64,000 nt of DNA from an uncultured virus (IMG/VR IMGVR_UViG_3300045115_000228) (taxonomy: Duplodnaviria > Heunggongvirae > Uroviricota > Caudoviricetes): the IMG/VR virus record IMGVR_UViG_3300045115_000228; one strand, given 5' to 3'. The notes below the pieces were generated by a model, which was given only the letters and a program-made list of their open reading frames with translations, ran no database searches and was not told where the DNA came from. Made by a program: the position numbers and the translations under genes. Of the stretch, positions 60,537 through 64,000 are shown one piece after another. Position 1 is the first letter of the stretch; each line of letters begins with the position of its first letter.

Positions 60537-63500
60537 CTACTGGGCCGCGGAGTCCTTGCGGTCGTCCTCCATCGCGCGCTCGTGCACCTGCGCGTTGCCG
60601 ATCGTGAAGATGCCCTTGAGCTGCTCCGCCATCGTCTTCGGCATCTCCGGCCTGTAGGTCGAGGCCTCCTGGACGATGGGCGTCGCGAGCGTCGGGGCCG
60701 GGGCTGCGGAGGCGACCTTCACGGCCTTGTACAGCCTCTCGGCGAACGCCTCCATCCTGTCGACCTCGATCTTCGAGAGGTCCTCGACGACCGCGTCGTA
60801 GTCGGACTCGGCGATCCTGCCGAGGCCCATCAGCTTCGCCGCGACCTGGCAGGCCTTCTTGTGGCGGGCCGCCGCGATCTTGGCGACCTGCTGGTCGCGC
60901 TTCTCGGCGATCACCCTGCCGCGGACGTCCACGTTGATCGCGGGCATCCCCTTCTGGGTGTCCTTCTCGCCGCCGATCAGGCTGTTGTCGACGGGGATGT
61001 CGGGCAGGCTGGCGTCAGGGATCGTCTCCTTCTCGCCGCGGGTCTTCGACGCGGCCTCGTTGCTCGGGATGGTCGGCTTGCCGGCATCGACGTCGATGTT
61101 CTTCTTGCCCTCGTTGCCGATCGTGCCCGTGCCGCCCTTCACCTTGCCCTCGACGCCGGACGAGATGTCCTCGACCTGCTTCGGCTTGTCGGCCTGCTTC
61201 TGGAGGTCGCCGGGCTTCGCCTCGGCGATGACCCTGCCCCTCATCTCGGTGCTGACGGGCGGGGTGCCCTTCAGCGTGTTGGCCTCGTCGCCCATCGTGG
61301 CGCTGTCGGCCGGGATGTCAGGCAGCGTCGCCTCGGGGATCGTCTCCTTCTCGCCGCCGATCTTCGACCCGCCCTCGTTGCTCGGCACCGTGGGCTTCTT
61401 GGCGTCGAACGGCTGCTCCTTGCCGATCGTCCCCGTCCCGCCCTTCACCTTGCCCTCGACGCCGGACGAGATGTCCTCGACCTTCGTGGGCTTGGCGGCG
61501 GTCTTCACGGCCTGCTTGGAGGCGGCCACGGCGTCGGCCGGGGGAGCGATCTCCTCCGGGGCCGCGGGGGCCTCGACGGGCGCCTCGGCCTGCTCCACCT
61601 GCTCCTCGACCTGCCCGGCGAGGTCCCTCGCCACGGCCTCCGGGATCTCCACCGTCACGGTCGCCTCCTCGGCGACGTCGGCGACCGGCGCCACGTCGTC
61701 GAGCGGCGCGCCCAGGTCGGCGTCCAGGTTGACTGGCGCGGCCCCGGCGGCCTGCGCCCCCTTCGTCATGCTCTTTTCCTTCATGATCCTCAGCTCCTCC
61801 GTGGTGAACCGGCTGTCGCCCGCGAAGGCCTCCAGCCACTCGTTGGTTTCGGTCTCCTTCGCGTACTTCTTCTGCATGGCCTTGCACATCGTCTCGGCCT
61901 GGGCCTGCTTGTACCCCTTGCCCTTCCAGATCGAGAGGCACTTCTCCATCAGGTCGGGCTTGCGGTACACGGCCGCGAGCTTCTCGACGTCGTTGCGGCT
62001 CCTCAGGCCGAACGCCTTGAGCTGCTTGCAGACGCAGTCGGCGAGCGGCTTGCCCTTGCAGGGGCCGTTCGTGGCCACGGCGTTGGCGCCGAACCTGCGG
62101 GACACGTACTCGGCGCAGTTCGCCTCGGGGAAGGCCGTCTCGGGCTTGCCGTCGGCCGCCGCCGCGCGGCGCATCCTGGCCGTGACCTTCATCAGGGCCA
62201 CGTACGCGGCCGCCGCCTTCTTGCACGGCTCGCAGTCGGCCGAGAACACCTTCTTCGGGTTGAGGGTCCACGCGATCTGCATGAACCCGGTCTTGTCGGC
62301 GGCGACGAGGATCTCCTTGGTGGTCTTCGTCTCGCAGGACGGGCAGACGTACGCGACCTTGCCGGCCCCCTTCTCAAGCGGCTTGCACTCGGTCATGCCG
62401 CAGGCGGGGCAGACGTGCCCGTACTTCTGCTCGCAGGAGGCGATCTTCTCCAGCCCGGCCTTGTCGAGCCTCGTGACCGCCGCCACCGGCATCTCCGGCA
62501 GCTTCGGCTCCGTCACGCCCTCGTCGTTGCCGCCCGCCTCGAAGGACATGCCCTCGGGGTTGAGCACCTCGACGTTGACGTGCACCTCGTACTTGGCTCC
62601 GCAGCCGTTGCACTCGAACGCGCCCGGGGGCAGGTCCTTCTTGCCGGTGGTCGTGTCCGAGCCCTTGCAGAACGGGCAGATCGATCCGGGCATCATCTGC
62701 TCGCCGACGCCCGGGGCCTTCTCCTCGTCCTTGTCGTCCTTCTCGTCCTCGGTGAAGTTCTGCAGGCCCTCGCCCGCGTCCATCGCCGGGGCGCCCTGCG
62801 GGAGCGCCGATCCGGGGTCCTGCGCCCCTCCGAGGTTCCCTCCGCCCGGCAGTCCGCCGGCGGCGCCGCCGAACTGGGCGGTCTTGACCTTCCTCTTCGC
62901 GGAGGCGGTCGGGAGCGGGGCGTTCGGGGCTGGGGCTGCCGGGGGCGCGCCTGCCGCCCCGGCTGCGCCGGCAGGAGCCGGCGGAATCCCGGCGCCAGCG
63001 TCGCCGCCGACGAGCGCGTCGAGGCCCTCGCCCGTCGCGTCACCCTCCTTCGGGGCGCCCTCCACGTCCTTGCCCTGGTCGGCGAGGTCGAGGGACACGT
63101 CGGCCGCGGTTTCGCCCTCCTCGGTCTGGATCGCGATCTGCACGGAGCCTGCGGCCCCGTCGACCGTGACGTTCGTGATGTTGGCGACCTTGAGGCCCTT
63201 CACCTTGCTCGCGACGACGATGGGCTTGCCGTCCTTGACCCTGTTCTCCTCGATGGTCAGCTCGCCGGATCCGGCGACCTTGTTGACGAACGCGACGATC
63301 TTCGCCCGCGCCGCCTTCTGGTTGCCCTTGAGCTCATCAATGGTCGTGCCGATCTCCTGGACGGTCGCCTCGATGACGTGCGTCGGCCTCCTGGAGGCGA
63401 GGGCGGCCTTCATCCTGTCGCGTTCCTTGGCCCTCGCGTCGGCTCCGCCGGCCAGCGGGACGGGTTCCGCCGCGGGCGGGGCATCGACCTGCTGGACCTT

Positions 63501-64000
63501 GGACGGGGCGAGGACGGCCATCCTGATCTGCTGCTTGCGCGACGCCGAGGCGGCGACCGCCTCGACGGGCTCGGCGATGACGTCGTCGATGGCGGTCGAG
63601 AGGGCGACGACGGAGTCGTCCTCCGATCCGACCACGTCGAGGACGTCCATGACGACCTCGGGGCTGATCTCGGCGTCCTGGGCCACCAGGGTGCGCAGAC
63701 CGGCCACCACGTCGGCCCTCATGTCGTCGACGGTGACGGAGGCGAGCGTGATGCCCTTGCCGCCCCAGTAGTGGGCCCTGGCGACGACCGACGCCGCCTT
63801 GCCGACCGCCACGGCGTCCTTGTCGGACGTGATCAGGTCGAGCGTGCTCGTGCGGGACCTGGTGTCATCGACGAGCGAGGCAACGGCCCCGCGGATCATC
63901 TGGGGCGTTGCGGAGCAGCGGACGGCCGACTCGGCGATGGAGCGGATGACGGCGGCGGAGTGCTGCTCGGCGGTCTTCACCTTCTGGCGCCTGAACGCGG
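60537..64000 (-). CDS. Large scaffold/prohead-core-like protein (5' end outside the window)
   Basis: Over 1150 aa, open to the window edge; Zn ribbons, acidic low-complexity stretches, two internal repeats, many KTA/KQA/KVA motifs; directly upstream of the decoration and capsid genes. Confidence 0.65.
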   Translation of the reverse strand, partial: AFRRQKVKTAEQHSAAVIRSIAESAVRCSATPQMIRGAVASLVDDTRSRTSTLDLITSDKDAVAVGKAASVVARAHYWGGKGITLASVTVDDMRADVVAGLRTLVAQDAEISPEVVMDVLDVVGSEDDSVVALSTAIDDVIAEPVEAVAASASRKQQIRMAVLAPSKVQQVDAPPAAEPVPLAGGADARAKERDRMKAALASRRPTHVIEATVQEIGTTIDELKGNQKAARAKIVAFVNKVAGSGELTIEENRVKDGKPIVVASKVKGLKVANITNVTVDGAAGSVQIAIQTEEGETAADVSLDLADQGKDVEGAPKEGDATGEGLDALVGGDAGAGIPPAPAGAAGAAGAPPAAPAPNAPLPTASAKRKVKTAQFGGAAGGLPGGGNLGGAQDPGSALPQGAPAMDAGEGLQNFTEDEKDDKDEEKAPGVGEQMMPGSICPFCKGSDTTTGKKDLPPGAFECNGCGAKYEVHVNVEVLNPEGMSFEAGGNDEGVTEPKLPEMPVAAVTRLDKAGLEKIASCEQKYGHVCPACGMTECKPLEKGAGKVAYVCPSCETKTTKEILVAADKTGFMQIAWTLNPKKVFSADCEPCKKAAAAYVALMKVTARMRRAAAADGKPETAFPEANCAEYVSRRFGANAVATNGPCKGKPLADCVCKQLKAFGLRSRNDVEKLAAVYRKPDLMEKCLSIWKGKGYKQAQAETMCKAMQKKYAKETETNEWLEAFAGDSRFTTEELRIMKEKSMTKGAQAAGAAPVNLDADLGAPLDDVAPVADVAEEATVTVEIPEAVARDLAGQVEEQVEQAEAPVEAPAAPEEIAPPADAVAASKQAVKTAAKPTKVEDISSGVEGKVKGGTGTIGKEQPFDAKKPTVPSNEGGSKIGGEKETIPEATLPDIPADSATMGDEANTLKGTPPVSTEMRGRVIAEAKPGDLQKQADKPKQVEDISSGVEGKVKGGTGTIGNEGKKNIDVDAGKPTIPSNEAASKTRGEKETIPDASLPDIPVDNSLIGGEKDTQKGMPAINVDVRGRVIAEKRDQQVAKIAAARHKKACQVAAKLMGLGRIAESDYDAVVEDLSKIEVDRMEAFAERLYKAVKVASAAPAPTLATPIVQEASTYRPEMPKTMAEQLKGIFTIGNAQVHERAMEDDRKDSAAQ
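60905..61495 (-). repeat. Two ~95-100-codon imperfect direct repeats in the scaffold-like gene
   Basis: KPxxVEDISSGVEGKVKGGTGTIG...PSNE...EKETIPxAxLPDIP...RGRVIAE occurs twice. Confidence 0.85.

Noticed and set aside
1..64000. Alternative genetic code suggested by the release factor gene
   Set aside because: Genes end normally at TGA, TAG and TAA with tight packing under code 11; no systematic read-through.

Overview
High-GC segment of a large (probably jumbo) tailed dsDNA phage, almost all on the minus strand. It holds the virion morphogenesis module: a scaffold/prohead-core-like protein, a decoration protein, an HK97/encapsulin-like major capsid protein, neck/adaptor proteins, a tail tube, and tail chaperones with a -1 frameshift. 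Accessory genes are interleaved: an actin-like ATPase, glycosyl- and methyltransferases, a uracil-DNA glycosylase, a kinase-CCA-HD fusion, PAS and GAF sensors, DNA MTases, three homing-endonuclease types and a TnpB-only IS605-like element. The most striking signal is a shared peptide grammar. About ten unrelated proteins start with MRI-x-[RK]-x-A(Q) or a close variant, and multidomain proteins have their domains separated by [KR]-x-A-[SQA] linkers, which also recur in the scaffold. One of them is a ~4100-aa polyprotein with ~11 ADP-ribosyltransferase-like domains plus ParB, nucleotidyltransferase, papain-like, KTSC, HicA and Nudix domains. This suggests capsid-targeted, protease-processed effector cargo. 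Other highlights: a precisely spaced AGG-N19-GAA(T/C) promoter found ~15 times, a truncated RF1-like release factor that needs an RF2-type CTT-TGA +1 frameshift, and a TnpB whose predicted guide seed matches the adjacent phage promoter. All family calls come from recognising motifs by eye; no database searches were run.
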